DNA of 64,000 nt, from NCBI RefSeq assembly GCF_009914755.1, contig NC_060947.1, one strand, 5' to 3'. Shown one piece after another: positions 1 to 14,986 of the stretch; the first letter of the stretch is position 1; each line of letters begins with the position of its first letter. The stretch comes from the human T2T-CHM13v2.0 reference genome, Homo sapiens. The notes below the pieces were generated by a model. The model worked only from the letters and a program-made list of their open reading frames with translations, was not told the origin of the DNA and did not search any database. A program made the translations under genes and the position numbers.

Positions 1-98
1 TGGAGTGAGGTGTGGATCCCAAGGTTAGGGAACCCCAAATTCCTGGAAGAGAACAACTTGGAAATATTAGTATTTAAGAATATCACTCTTCTCTATGG

Positions 99-635
99 AA
101 GTGGTTAAGAATGTGACCTTGGAGCCACACTTTTCAAGTGACACTCCCAGCTCTGCCGTTTACTGTAGCCATGGGATATGGAACAAATTACTTCACCTGC
201 TTGTTGCTTCAGTTGCCTCATCTTTAACATGAGGCCAATAGGCCAGGTGTGGTGGCTTTATACCTGTAATCCCAGAACTTTGGGAGGCCAAGGTGGGCGG
301 ATCACTTGAGCTCAGGAGTTCGAGACCAGCCTGGCCAGTGTGGCAAAAACCCATCTCTACTAAAATTACAAAAATTAGCCAGGCGTGGTGGCATGTGCCT
401 GTAGTCCCAGTAACAGGCTAGGTGAATCACTTCACCCCAGGAGGCAGAGGCTGCAGTGAGCTGAGATCGTGCCACTGCACTCCAGCCTGGGTTACAAAGT
501 GAGATTCTATCTCAAAAAACAACAACAACAAAAACATGAGGCTAATACTAGTCCCTATCTCCAAGATTGTTGTGAGGATTAAATGGATTAATATGTGTGG
601 AATATTTAGAATAGTCCCTGGCCCAGTAAATGTTA
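99..635 (+). mobile_element. MIR interrupted by an Alu
   Basis: MIR motifs (gtggttaaga, cccagctctgcc, cctcatct, gttgtgaggattaaatg) on both sides of the Alu. Confidence 0.75.
241..535 (+). mobile_element. Alu
   Basis: GGCCAGGTGTGGTGGC start, two arms, A/CAA tail, TSD aacatgaggc(c/t)aata. Confidence 0.95.
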
Positions 636-747
636 GATGTTGTTAACTCAGTTATTACTGTCTTGCCCTCTAGGACTTGGGAGAATTAAGCAAACCATTA
701 AAAATACTGTTGATAAATTCATTTTTTTTTGTCCTTGATTTGAACAG

Positions 748-887
748 AAACTCAGCCACCTGTGACAAATTTGAGTGTCTCTGTTGAAAACCTCTGCACA
801 GTAATATGGACATGGAATCCACCCGAGGGAGCCAGCTCAAATTGTAGTCTATGGTATTTTAGTCATTTTGGCGACAAACAAGATAAG
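748..887 (+). CDS. IL13RA1: IL13RA1 exon 2 (D1 Ig-like domain start)
   Basis: Acceptor tgaacag, translation (E)TQPPVTNLSVSVENLCTVIWTWNPPEGASSNCSLWYFSHFGDKQDK, donor gtaagt; matches recalled IL-13Ra1 protein. Confidence 0.98.
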
Positions 888-3566
888 GTAAGTTTTCTGC
901 AACATGTTACATTGATGAGGTAAAGTGAACACTATGAATTGGAGCCAAGAATAAGCCAAATTCTAGTCTTACGTCAAAGTGGAAATTGTATTTTAGGGTG
1001 TGTTTAAATTTCAGTTGGGGAAATTATAGAAGCAACTATTGACACAAGTGAACACTTAAAAATATTTGCTAATTATTTGACAATTAAATGCAATTGAGAT
1101 TGCTCTGACAGGAAATACTAGATATCTTTTTCTCTAAGGTACTCAATAAATAATTATGTTATTGTTAAAATTTGTTCCTATGTTCCTGCCTGTAGCTGTA
1201 TTGCCTTGTATCTATATAACACTTAATTTTGGGGAATTTTTACATTTACCATCTTGCTAATCACATGGACAAATAGATGTACAGGCACTATGTGGTGTAA
1301 AAGTAAACGGCCATATGGAAAGTGAAAAAGTAAGTTGTCAGTGGCAGGTGTGTTTGAGTAGAGGGTTCTGTAATGCCCGCGGAAAAAGGAGGAAGACTTT
1401 CAAGATTTCTAGTCAACTGATATAAGTGAATTTTTGTTAATAGGTTTGGATAATTTCAGGTCCTTTATGATAATCTTATTCAACTTTTTTTTCAAAATCT
1501 TTTTATACCTTCTTTCGGTGTGTATGTGTTTGTTGCAGGGTGGCGGCGGTGAGTGGGTTGGGTGTTTGGGGTTGAATTTGTCCAGGATTTTGAGTAGGCA
1601 GAATGAGAAGTTATTAGCAACAGTGCTTTGCATCAGTGAATTGTAGAAGCACCAAGTTCAGGCAGCTTTGGTGGCAGGAAGTCAGGAGAACTAGCTTCTG
1701 ATTGGCACTGTCACTCTTAGCTGACTCTATGGCCTGGAATAAATTGCTTAACCTCTCTGAGCGTTTGTTTCCTTATGTATAAAGTATGGCTTTACTCACT
1801 TCGCTGGCTTGCTGGGACACAGAAAATAATGTATATATACAAAAGTTTAATAGTCAGGATGGAACATGCTCTTCCTCTGGAGGGAAATTTGCTAATCTGC
1901 CTTCCTCTCCCTTGTCCTGCTGAGGTGTTACTTATGGTTTAGGCGTTAATTGATAAAGAATTGAGGCTTATCAGAAGTATTTGCATTTTAAAAGAGGTCT
2001 TCTAAATGTGGAAGCCAATGATACTACTAGCAGTGAGACTGGAGTTTGCCTTTACATACTGTCGGCTTCCTCTTGTTCCTCCTAAGGAAGGGCCTTAGGC
2101 ATTTGGAGTCTTAGTGGTGATTTTTGGTAATTGAGCCTTGAGAAATTCACAGAAAGACCCTAAGTGCCTCTGGCTGTAAGCCCTGTAATCACCCAAGTGT
2201 CTAACTGAAACCCTGAGCAGAGGTTGCTTTTCAGGTCCCTTTTCCTTAAGTTGTCAAGGATCAATCAGGTAGCCAGGCTGGTGTTCTAGCCTAGAAATGG
2301 GGCTATTTCCTCAGAGTATGTGCAGAAATCTAGAGTTAAATGTAACTTTAGGAGACAGTAGAATCAGATAGAATTGTGCTTGAAATTTTATCTCTTCCCG
2401 TTTCAAGCTGTTTGATTTTGGGCAAATCACTTAACCTCTCTGAGCTCCCATTTTCTTGTTTATAAAATATGGGGTTGTTTTGGCGGGGGGCGGGTAATAA
2501 TAGTACCAACTGAATATGGATGGTGTGTGCATTAAAGGAGATGAGGTTTGTAATGCACCTGACACAGAGTTAGTGCTAGGTAATTGTTAGCTTTTATTAT
2601 TGTTACTGTTGTTAGGTTGAGCCATGTGAAATTACCACTTTTATGGGTCAAAATGGTTGAATGTTGTCAGTATTATTTGTCAGCCTAATATTATCATTTA
2701 ATCTTGTTTCCTCCATTTTACCCCTGAAGAAACCAGATAGAGACCAAAAAGGGTGACCTCTGCCTAAGGCCAGCTCATTCATTGTAGCCATTTGACAGCA
2801 TTGATGGCCATCAGTCCTACATTTGTGATGAACACGGATTATTCCTTCCAGTCAGTGATAGGAGATATCCTGTCTGGACCTTTTTCAAGTTTATCATCAG
2901 GAGGCTGAAAATGAATGGCAGAAGTAATTTTCCTCTCCTCTTTCTGTCCTTTGGGTACAGCATTAGCATCATTGGGCCAAACTGAGGTATCCCTGAAGCA
3001 TATTGAAGCAATGGCATTATGATAGTTTGTACATTAGGGGGCTTAGGAAAATGTTCAAAGGTCCCAAGTTGCTAAATGAGATAAACCCTTGAGGTCATTT
3101 TCAATCTTAAGATTGGAGGCTCATCAAGTTGAGAGACAGGGATTTGCAGAGGATTTTTGGAAAAGAAAAGATTAGTGTAAATGGCAGCCCTCCACCATTT
3201 TTTAGGCAGTGTCTAATAGTTCCTCAGCTGGCAAGTAGAAGGAGGATCTAGCATCAGATTTTAGATATCTTTCATCACTAAGAGATGGGCAAGTCCCATT
3301 AGGCAAACTAATCAAAAGGCCAGGCATCCAAATAGGAAGATGCTGAAGCTAACTCCCTTTCTTTTTGAGAAAGGAATTCTGGAGTTGAGAAAGGTGCAGT
3401 CCAGCCAAGTGAACATTGGTCTGGGGAGATCAGTTCAGGACTCTTGCCTTGGTTTTTGATAAATTTTCAAAGGGAATCAGATTCCCTGCAGGGTGGAGCA
3501 TAACATCATACAGCAGCTACCAGTGGGAATGATTCACCAAAGCCAAAAGTCACATGGGAGCCATCA

Positions 3567-3968
<402 letters not shown>

Positions 3969-4124
3969 CTACTTTATTAGTGCCAGTTTAATATTGTTTA
4001 CCTTGAACTTTGAAAGAAATTAAAAAAAAATTATTTGAAAAAATTTTCCCTCTACTGTCCCTTTTCTATGTTATTATTCATATGCCTGAAGCATAAGGTT
4101 CGGATTTAGATACTAAGGCATTTT

Positions 4125-4441
4125 TTAATTTTTTATGTTATTTTATTTTGAAATGGAGTCTGCTCTGTCACCCAGGCTGGAGTGTAGTGGTACGATCTCA
4201 GCTCACTGAAACCTCTGCCTCCTAAGTTCAAGCAATTCTTGTGCCTTAGCCTGCCAAATAGCTGGAACTACAGGTGCATGCCACCACGACCAGCTAATTT
4301 TTTTTGTATTTTTAGTGGAGACAGTGTTTTGCCATGTTGGCCAGGCTGGTTTCCAACTCCTGACCTTAGGTGATCCTGACCTCAGGTGACCTTGGCCTCC
4401 CAAAGTGCTGGGATTACAGGTGTGACCCACCACGCCTGGCC
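4125..4441 (-). mobile_element. Alu with small internal duplication
   Basis: Reverse-complement Alu, TSD actaaggcatttttt, repeated tcctgacct(t/c)aggtga. Confidence 0.93.
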
Positions 4442-5866
4442 ACTAAGGCATTTTTTAAATTAAAAATTCCATTGTGATAATTTTTGTGTACTAAAACTCC
4501 GTAACCCTCTAACTGGAACAATGTCCATTATAATATGAAAACTGGGATTATCTTCATGATGATTCTAATTTGACTGTATTTGACTGTACAGTCTAATTTG
4601 ACATTTGACTGTACATTTTCCCCTGATGTCTTCAAAGGGCAAATATAGCTTCCAAACAAGAATTGCCATGGATCCTTGGATAAGGGTGGCTTCTTCAAAG
4701 ATATATGGGACTTGTGCTTAGTAAAATTGTGAGGTTGGTAAAATTTGTATTCGAAGCCTTCCTGCCACCACTACCATGATCCTGGAGGCAGGTCTTCAGC
4801 TTCACATACTCAGAAACTTCATTTCCTCAGCACACATGCATCTCTCAGGGGCTGATTTTTTACTTTGTTGTGAAAATGGAATGGTAATGGTGAAGCATTC
4901 TAGGAAGATTTCTGTTAGCATAACTGGTGCATTTCATCCCTGTCGGCAGAGCCTATATGGGAAGCCAAATGTTAAGTAGGTTTCTTGGTGAGGAATCAGA
5001 AATTAGTTGTAAAAATATACTTGTCTAAGAATAGCTGGAGGCCCTACTGAGAGTAAACAGCTTTGCCAGTGGGACAGAAAAATTCAATGCCCACATTCCT
5101 GTATCACCCTCTTTTTCCTGCCTGTCAGGATTTTGCTCACAGACATTTCTTTTTCTGTTCTTCCAGGGCTGACCAACTCCCTTTTCAGAGTACTGTCTTG
5201 ACTGGACCTAAGAGCTATTCTGGTTCTATAAAGTGATTTTGTTTTTGTGTCCTTGCTATGATTTATTCATTGTTGACTTGGTAGTTACTTCTCAGAGGCC
5301 ATCCATATGTCCTGGTTTTGGGGGTATCTCACAGTTGCCCTCATGCTCAGCTGGCAGCAGGCATGTGACATGGCAGAATAGCTCTTTAGGGTAGCAGATA
5401 GAACTAACTGTGGCAAATTTTCCTCTTCATGGCCGTCAACATGTAGATGAAAGGAAATACTATCTCTGACTTGAGTCAGAAGCTATTGCAAAACAGGAGG
5501 TGCTCTCCTTGGAGCTCTGATTAAAAGCAGCTCCATTCTTAATTATTCCAACTCTGTCAGTTTGGGAAATGTTAATTTCCCGGAGAGCCCATTAATCTTA
5601 TTATTCTCAGTCATAGTAACCAGACTGGTGATTTATGTCTCTATGATGTCTATAAATTGGCTTCCTATGGTTCCACAAAGCTTATCTACTTTTCAGAATG
5701 AGAGTGTATATACTCAGCACATATAGCAATGTTTGAAATTTATACATATATATGAGGTAGTCAAAATAGTCAAACAGTAGAGAAAGAGGTTTAATGAAAA
5801 GTCTCTCTTCAGCCCTCAGGCCCTCCTCCTTTACTTCCTTACCCAGAAGTAACCATGATTACTGGA

Positions 5867-6143
5867 TTTTTTTTTTGAGACAGGGTCTCACTGCATTGTC
5901 CAGGCTAGAGTGCAATCTTGGCTCACTGCAGCCTCCCGCTCCCAGGCTCAAGTGATCCTCCCACCTCAGCCTCATGAGTAGCTGGGACTATAGGCATGAG
6001 CCACCATACCTGGCCAATTTTTTTTTGTACAGATGGGGTTTTGCCATTTTGCCCAGGCTGGTCTCGAACTCCTGGGCTTAAGTGATCTGCCTGCCTCAGC
6101 CTCCCAAAGTGCTGGGATTATAGGCATGAGCCACTGAGCCTGG
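5867..6143 (-). mobile_element. AluJ-like
   Basis: Poly-T, gagacagggtctc ... gagccactgagcctggc. Confidence 0.93.
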
Positions 6144-6340
6144 CATGATTCCTGGATTCTTAAAGCATCCCTTTTTAACCTTAATTTTCCTGGTACAGTG
6201 CATCTACTTCTAAGTGAATTTTGATAATCATATTGTTTCCTTTAAAATTGCTTTTAGAGAGTTGATATGTTAGCATTGTAGGTTTATAGGTAAATTTCAT
6301 GTTTATACCTTTAAAATGTGGGAAATTGTTGTATCTACAC

Positions 6341-6567
6341 CAGGGTTTCTCAATGGTGACACTAGTGACATTTGCTGAAGGGTTTGTTGTAGGAGGAGGG
6401 GGGCTGTTGTGTGCATTGTAGGATGTTTAGCAGCGTCCTTGACCTCTACTTACTAGATGCTGGTAACCTCCCCCTCCCAAGTTAGGACAATAAAAAGTGT
6501 TCGATATTACCAAATGTCTCTGAGAGCGGTAGGGAGAACAAAATCAGCCCCAATTGAGAATCACTGA
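6341..6567. mobile_element. MER20 hAT DNA transposon relic
   Basis: Termini cagggtttctcaa / ttgagaatcactg; core gtgcattgtaggatgtttagcagc. Confidence 0.8.
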
Positions 6568-6684
6568 TCTATACCATTTGATAACTTTTTTGATAAAAAA
6601 AGCACCACATTTAGACATGCTAATGTTTCATTATATAAGTGTGTGTTAGCTGAAGCAATGCCTTTTTCAATTTTCTAACCTTAG

Positions 6685-6823
6685 AAAATAGCTCCGGAAA
6701 CTCGTCGTTCAATAGAAGTACCCCTGAATGAGAGGATTTGTCTGCAAGTGGGGTCCCAGTGTAGCACCAATGAGAGTGAGAAGCCTAGCATTTTGGTTGA
6801 AAAATGCATCTCACCCCCAGAAG
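6685..6823 (+). CDS. IL13RA1: IL13RA1 exon 3
   Basis: Acceptor ccttag, KIAPETRRSIEVPLNERICLQVGSQCSTNESEKPSILVEKCISPPE(G), donor gtaaca; phase fits exon 2. Confidence 0.98.
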
Positions 6824-7070
6824 GTAACAACTGAAAGCGCTATCTCTTGGTGTTTAGAGAATAAATCTGAATGCTCCAATGCTTTTGTGCATTGTTCATT
6901 AATTAATTCAATTCTCAAACATTTTCTGAGTCTAATAAGTGCCAGGCATTGTACTAGGTGCTAGCAGCTCAATGAAAATATGAGTATGTCTCTGCCTTGA
7001 AGAAGCTTACAAACAACTTGAATAACAATGCCTAATAGTTATATAAAATTTAATAATTTAAAAAATGATA

Positions 7071-7120
7071 TACACATGCACGCGCGCGCACACACACACT
7101 CACACACACACACACGCACA
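7071..7120. repeat. (CG)n(CA)n alternating purine-pyrimidine tract
   Basis: gcacgcgcgcgcacacacacactcacacac... Confidence 0.95.
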
Positions 7121-7735
7121 CCCCTCCTTTAGATCGAGAGTCACAAGCTTATCTTGTGAAGTGAGTAAGGCATGTATTATTACCCTGATCCATTTTATGA
7201 GGAAGAAAGGAACTGCGTGACTTGCTGTATGTCTTCACATTTCAGGCCCAGTGCTTTAAAAATAAAACACAAAATACTCTCTTACCCATTATGTGTGATA
7301 CTTAGTTTGATATGCAGGATATATTTGGGAAAAGATGTTGTTTAAAGAGAAAAATATTATGCTGGCCTGGCTCCAATACAAGTCTAGACAAGATAGTACA
7401 AGACAACCTTAGGAAAAGCTGTCAAGTAGTGAGGATGATCATTGTTCCCCAATCCCACCTCTCCCAATGTCCTTCTGGCTCTTATGTTACATACAGGGAG
7501 TAGCATATACTGATTAAGAGCAGGGCTACCAGAAACCAACTGTCTAACTTTAAATCCCAGCTCTGCCAGCTACTAGCTGTGTAACCTTGGGCAAATTTCT
7601 TAGCCCCTCTGCACCTTAGTTTCCTCATCTGTAAACTGGGCATGATGATAGTATCTATCTCCTAGAATTATTGGGATGATTACGTAAGTCAGTATATGTG
7701 AGGTACTTAGAATAGTGCCTGGCAAAGAGTGAATG

Positions 7736-7736
<1 letters not shown>

Positions 7737-7777
<41 letters not shown>

Positions 7778-7890
7778 ACACACAAAAAACATATATATAT
7801 AACACATATATATACTATATATAATATATATTATATACATTATATGTAATATATATAATATTATATAATATATAATTATATATAATATTA
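7737..7890. repeat. (TG)n microsatellite followed by an AT-rich low-complexity tract
   Basis: About 19 TG units, then acacacac, then about 100 bp of nearly pure A/T. Confidence 0.95.
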
Positions 7891-8118
7891 TGTTGTCCCT
7901 TGGTTGGGTAGGGCTGGGCCCCATCTCTTAACCTCCAGTCCTTAGCTCTATGTGCCCTTTGCTCTAAGCCATTCCATTTACCTGCTTTGTACTGATCACA
8001 AACACATGAAGTGCTGTTTGTAAAATTATAAAATTCAGGACTGCCAGGAGATTTGAAACAACTTACCTGCCCTATTCTCCTTTCCTTAGGAGTTAACGAA
8101 AAAAAAAAAAAAAAAAAC

Positions 8119-8453
<335 letters not shown>

Positions 8454-8610
8454 TCATGAGGGATAACAGATTTACATTTTAAACAGAGGTGTTTAATTTA
8501 AAGACATTATACCTTAACTAAAATGGCTTTATAAAGATAGAGATTTTAGGTCAGAAAGATACTAGGGCTCTTAAAGTCATGACACTTAAGAGGCAACTAC
8601 TAAGAGTTAA

Positions 8611-9070
<460 letters not shown>

Positions 9071-9394
9071 TAGGAATTGTGTAGATATTGTCTATGATTG
9101 AAATAGTTTTTGATCTTTTATCTCTCCCTCCAGTTAGGAATATTAGTTAGGGTCCCTCAGTGATAGGGAAGATGTTTTCTTTGTATCAGGAGGTAAGAGA
9201 GAAGGTTGTGAACAAATTAGATTTGAGTTTCCTCCATCCTGGGTGACTTCTGGGTAAAATGGGGTGAGAGATGAAGCATTTGCTTTCTGACAAAGCAGCA
9301 TGAAGCACTCTCATCATCCCCATGCCAAAGAGTGATTTGCTACTTTGCATTACAAGGAAAGAAGGGTCTTAAACTCTTGGCCTGGATATTCTAG

Positions 9395-9515
9395 GTGATC
9401 CTGAGTCTGCTGTGACTGAGCTTCAATGCATTTGGCACAACCTGAGCTACATGAAGTGTTCTTGGCTCCCTGGAAGGAATACCAGTCCCGACACTAACTA
9501 TACTCTCTACTATTG
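9395..9515 (+). CDS. IL13RA1: IL13RA1 exon 4 (D2 FnIII start)
   Basis: Acceptor ttctag, (G)DPESAVTELQCIWHNLSYMKCSWLPGRNTSPDTNYTLYY(W), donor gtgagt; C-x-W pattern of class I cytokine receptors. Confidence 0.98.
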
Positions 9516-9679
9516 GTGAGTATGTACAGTACAATTACTGGAAGACTGATTGTAATTGTGTTGGGAGCCTTTGGATCCAACCTAGTCAAAAAAAAAAGAA
9601 CTGTTTAATTTTTTCTGCAAACTCAACAAGATGGACAGTTTGCTTCAATGAAAAATGCATCTGTCTTTGGTGTCTACTT

Positions 9680-10490
9680 TTTAAATAAACTTTCTATTTT
9701 TAAATATAGATCCTGTATATTACCAGAAAAAATGTACAGAGAGATCCCATATACTCCACTCAGTTTCTCCCAGTGGTAACATCTTGTGTAACTATAGTGC
9801 ATTATCAAAACCAGAAAATTGGCATTGGTACAATCCAAAAACCTCAGTCCTATTTCAACAGTTTTACATGCACTCGTGTGTGTGTATATGTAGTTGTATG
9901 CAATTTTATCACATGTGAAGATATACAATGGTTGCATCACCATAAGGAGTTGCTCTTTTATAGCCACACTCACCTCCGTCTTAAACCATCTCTCCTTGTA
10001 CACCCCTCTCCCCCAATCCTCTAACCTCTGGCAACCACTAATCTGTTCTCCAGCTCTTTAATTTTATTATTTCAAGAATGTTACTGAAATGGAATCCTAT
10101 AGTATATAACCACTTAAGACTGGCTTAAAAAAAAAAAACTCAGCGTAATACCCTGGAGATCTATACAAGTAGTTGTATATCACGAGGCCACTCCTTTTTA
10201 TAGCTCAGTAGTATTCCATGATATGGATGTACCAGTTTTTTAAACCATTCATTCATTAAAGGATATCTCAGTTTTTTCCAGTTTTTTGCTATTATGAATA
10301 AAGCTACTGTAAATATTCACATACAGATTTTTATATGAACATAACTTTTCATTTCTCTGGAATAAATGCCCAAGAGTGCAATTGCTGGGTCATATAGTAA
10401 TGGCTTATTTAGTTTTTTTTTTTAATGCCAAACTGTTTTCTAAAGAAGTTAGTTCACCTTACATTTCCACTAGCAATGCATGAGTTATTG
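9680..10490 (-). mobile_element. Old L1M 3' end fragment
   Basis: ggcaaccactaatctgttctcc, gtattccatg..atggatgtacca, gagtgcaattgctgggtcata; flanked by tgtctactttt on both sides. Confidence 0.8.
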
Positions 10491-10535
10491 ATGTCTACTT
10501 TTAAAAAGGAAAATGATATGTCCGGGGTCAAAAAG

Positions 10536-10843
10536 TTGTTTGTTTGTTTATTTATGTTTTTGAGATAGAGTCTTGCTCTGTCACCCAGGCTAGAGTGCAG
10601 TGGTGAGATCTAGGCTCACTGCAACCTCTGCCTCCTGGGTTCAAGTGATTCTCCTGCCTCAGCTTCCCAAGCAGCTGGAATTACATGCATGCACCACCAT
10701 GCCTGGCTAATTTTTGTATTTTTGGTAGAAACAGGGTTTCAACGTGTTGGCCAGGCTGGTCTCGAACTCCTGGCCTCAAGTGATCTGCCCATCTCGGCCT
10801 CCCAAAGTGCTGGGATTACAGGTGTGAGCCACCACACCCAGCC
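10536..10843 (-). mobile_element. AluS
   Basis: Reverse dimer, TSD tcaaaaagt. Confidence 0.95.
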
Positions 10844-11859
10844 TCAAAAAGTAGTTTAGCTTCCTGCAAAACAACTTTGATATTTTGATATTTGATACTT
10901 TAGTATTTGGTATTTGTGACTATATCTACTACAAAGTTTGTTAAATTTCTAAGTTAGTCTTCCATCATTCCCTTTAGAGCCTAGAATTATTAGCAACAGA
11001 ACAAGGAAGAAAGACCAGATTAATCCAGTTTAATTCAGTAAACCTTTATTTAGAACACTTTGTGGATAAACCACTGAATGCACAGCAGAGACAAAAAACA
11101 TATCTCTTCTCTCCTAAAGCTCAAAATATAGAGGAGAAGATAGTGCCTGATACAGTGACCTGCATTAAATTAAGTAAGACAGTGTATGCTGAAGGCTGTT
11201 GCAGAGGGATAGATAGATTCCTGTGGGAAGTTAGGTTGGAGCTTGGGGTGGTGGTCGAGGGGAGGTGGATGGGTGGATGGAGAGGGGACTGAGAGGCTTT
11301 GATGAAGGAGGAAGACTGCCTAGATGGGGGAGTTTCTCTGATGCTGGCCTCTGGGGAAGAGCATTTTGAGAAATGGAGGTATTTAATCGTTGTGATGTCA
11401 GGGTGGAGAAGGGGAGACCTAGCATAGGCAGTCTGCCTCTACATGGCCTTGTTCCCTGACTGTCATTTGTTAAGACTTCTTCTGAGAGAATGGGATGTGG
11501 AGAGCCATGTCCAAGACTTGTGAAGCTACTGGATAAACATGGCCTTTCATGCTAGAGTGTCTATTTTGCCTGATGACATGATGGAAAGCATTTTTGATAC
11601 ATTAAAACACTCATGGCTATATCATGGAATAGAATGCAAAAAAAAAAAAAAAAAAAGTAACACACATTTTTGGATGAAAACCTCCAAAGTTGCCCCAGGA
11701 TTCACATCCGCACTCCTCCCTGGTGGAAGGATCCTCCTGGCAAAGTTGGGAAATCCTGCAGGTGGAGCCAGAAGTTCTGTGTGGTTATGTCTGAGGTCTG
11801 TTTCTTTTTTCCCCCCTGATGTAAATCTCATTTGAGGTTTTGTAGTTTCACCTGCTCAC

Positions 11860-12470
11860 TCTTGGTACCTGTTGTTTCTCCTTTACTTAAAACCCTTCAG
11901 TGGCTCCCTGGTGGCTTTAGGTTAAAGTCCAAACTCTCCAGCATGACAGACAAATCGCTTTATGACAGACCTGGCCCCTGTCAACCTCTCCAGACTCGGT
12001 TGCATCTGCCTCCATGCACCCCCGCCCCTCTTGCAGCCTACCATTCGCCCGCAGCAAACTTCTTTCAGTTCCTCAGACTGCTTTCTTCAAATACTCAAAC
12101 ACAACACTAGATTTCAAACAGAATATTCAAACAGAATAGTGGAAACATTCTGCATCCTCTTGTAGCCTAGGCCTTTCCTTTTCATTTGGATGCCTCTTAT
12201 TTGTCTTTATCCTTATTTCAGCCCAGACACCATTTCCTCTCCAGAAAGCCTTCCTTGACCTCTCAAGTCTAGACATGTGTCCCTTCCTCTTGTCTCACGG
12301 CACCTTGCAATTTCTTGTGTCATACTACCCAGCACATTGTGTTGTCATTTCCTGTTACTTGGTGGTAGCCTGCTACAGGCTTCAGTTTCTCTTGAGAGCG
12401 GGAGCTGTGTCTTGTTTCTCCTGGTGCCTGATATATAGTAGGTATTCCATAAATAAGTTGTGAATGTTTG
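11860..12470. mobile_element. L2 fragment
   Basis: cttaaaacccttcagtggctccc, aagtccaaactc, gaaagccttccttgacc, 3' tagtaggt..aataaat..tgaatg. Confidence 0.7.
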
Positions 12471-13272
12471 GTAGGATCCAAAGCTAGAGAATATTCAGGG
12501 TTGCGGTGATGACTTATGAGGTATAAGCAACTGAGGAATATTATGGTTCATGAATAAAAAGAGAGAAGGATTGAGTAGATCCAGCTCCCTAAAGAATTGC
12601 TAAGAAGGGGCCAAAGAACTAAGCCTTACTAAGAAGGAGTAGCCTGGCTGTTGATGTTGTAGTAAAGTTTAGGGAGAGCTGTTACACAGGCTTTTAAGAT
12701 GTCTTGTGAGTTGGCAGCATCCATGTGTTTATTATGCTATTAACCCCTCTTGTTTTCCCTGGAATCATTATTGGTAAAACCACAGGGAAAACCTTTAAAG
12801 AATCTATGTCTATATAAGGGACTGGAAAAGAAGGGAAGAAGTCTTAAAACTGTATCTCATTCCATGGCAGACTGGGTAGAAAATTATCCCAGCTATTAGA
12901 ATCAGGGTGGCACTGGAGGCAGATGGTAGCCTAGTCCTTGGGGTTCTTCTAAGACAAAAATAGGGAAGTGCCTTGGGGATATACTAGCAAAAACAAAGTC
13001 TCAATGCAAATTGTTAAAAGAATGTTTCCTCTGGGTGAATGAATTACAAAAAAACCTGGACTGACCAATTTGAAAAAGCATTCCTCTTCCTCTGGGCTGA
13101 AGCAGGCTCTCACCAAAGCTGAGAGCAGATGGTACTTGGGCTGGCTTTCAGCCCTCAGTTGATGTCTTTTTGCAGGGAACAATCTGCACAGCCACTGGAG
13201 GTCGCTCAAGATGCAATTCCAAGATAGTGGTGGGTCACTAGCATCCAAGGGGGCAGATATCAAGGATCCTAC

Positions 13273-13556
13273 TTTTTTTTGCGATAGGGTCTTGCTCTGT
13301 TGCCCAAGCTGAAGTACAGTTGGTGTGATCATTGCCCACTGCGGCTTCAACCACCCAGGCCCAAGCCATCCCCCCATGTCAGCCTCCTGAGTTGCTGGGA
13401 TCACAGGTGTGTACCACCATGCCCAGCTAATTTTTGTGTTTTTTGTAGAGATGGGGTTTTGCTATGTTGCCCAGGTTGCTCTCGAACTCCTGGGCTCAAG
13501 CCCGTCTCGGCCTCCCAAAGTGCTGGGATTATAGGCATGAGCCACCGCACCTGGCC
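13273..13556 (-). mobile_element. AluJ-like
   Basis: Reverse dimer, TSD about cctactt. Confidence 0.9.
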
Positions 13557-13619
13557 TACTTCTTGTCATACACAGTCCCAGAGCTGGTCATCAGCAGGGG
13601 ATCTTTCTGTAGTGTAGTT

Positions 13620-13819
13620 CTGTGCCATCCAGTATAGGAGCCACTGGCTACATGTGGCTAGTTACATTTTAATTTAAATCAATTAAAATTGAATCAAATT
13701 AAAACTTCAGTTGCATAGTCTCGCCAACCACTTTCACAAGTGATGAGTGGCTCTTGTATTGGACAGCACAGATAGCGACCATTTCCATAATCCCAGAAAG
13801 TTCTGTTGGATGGTGCTGG
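13620..13819. mobile_element. MER3-like hAT relic
   Basis: agccactggctacatgtggcta; tattggacagcacag; agaaagttctgttgga. Confidence 0.7.
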
Positions 13820-14038
13820 TATAGATTCTGTATCTTATCCCCTTACCACCCCACAGCTTATTCTTTCTGGAGCCACACTGCTTGGGTTGAAATCCTGGCT
13901 CTCTTCCTTACTTTAGTGTGATTTTGGGTAAGTCCCTTCTCTCTCAGCCTTAGTTTCATAATCTGTGAAATGGAGATAGTAATAATAGTGCCTACTTCTT
14001 AAGGTTGTTGTGAGGGCTAGTGTTTAGAGCCATGACTA

Positions 14039-14465
<427 letters not shown>

Positions 14466-14659
14466 TCACAGAATTAGTACCTAACCCATATCTCCTTCTT
14501 TCTTGCTCTCCTCTAGATAGATCCTTTCTAATCAAAACCACAAAAGAAAGGGAGTCAAGACACAGTGCTCATTAGCAAGCACCAGAAATGGTTTAGGTAC
14601 CAGTATAAATCACATCAAACAAACTGCCAGAGACTGTTTTCCCTAACCCCCAACCATAA

Positions 14660-14986
<327 letters not shown>

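Noticed and set aside
40-48. GAS/STAT motif TTCCTGGAA (similar at 20516 inside MER2)
   Set aside because: Such 9-mers are expected by chance in 64 kb; no clustering or other support.
2780-3560. Coding-like composition in intron 2
   Set aside because: Hand translation of 2790-2990 gave no recognisable motif; possibly an ancient repeat, needs a Dfam/tblastx search.
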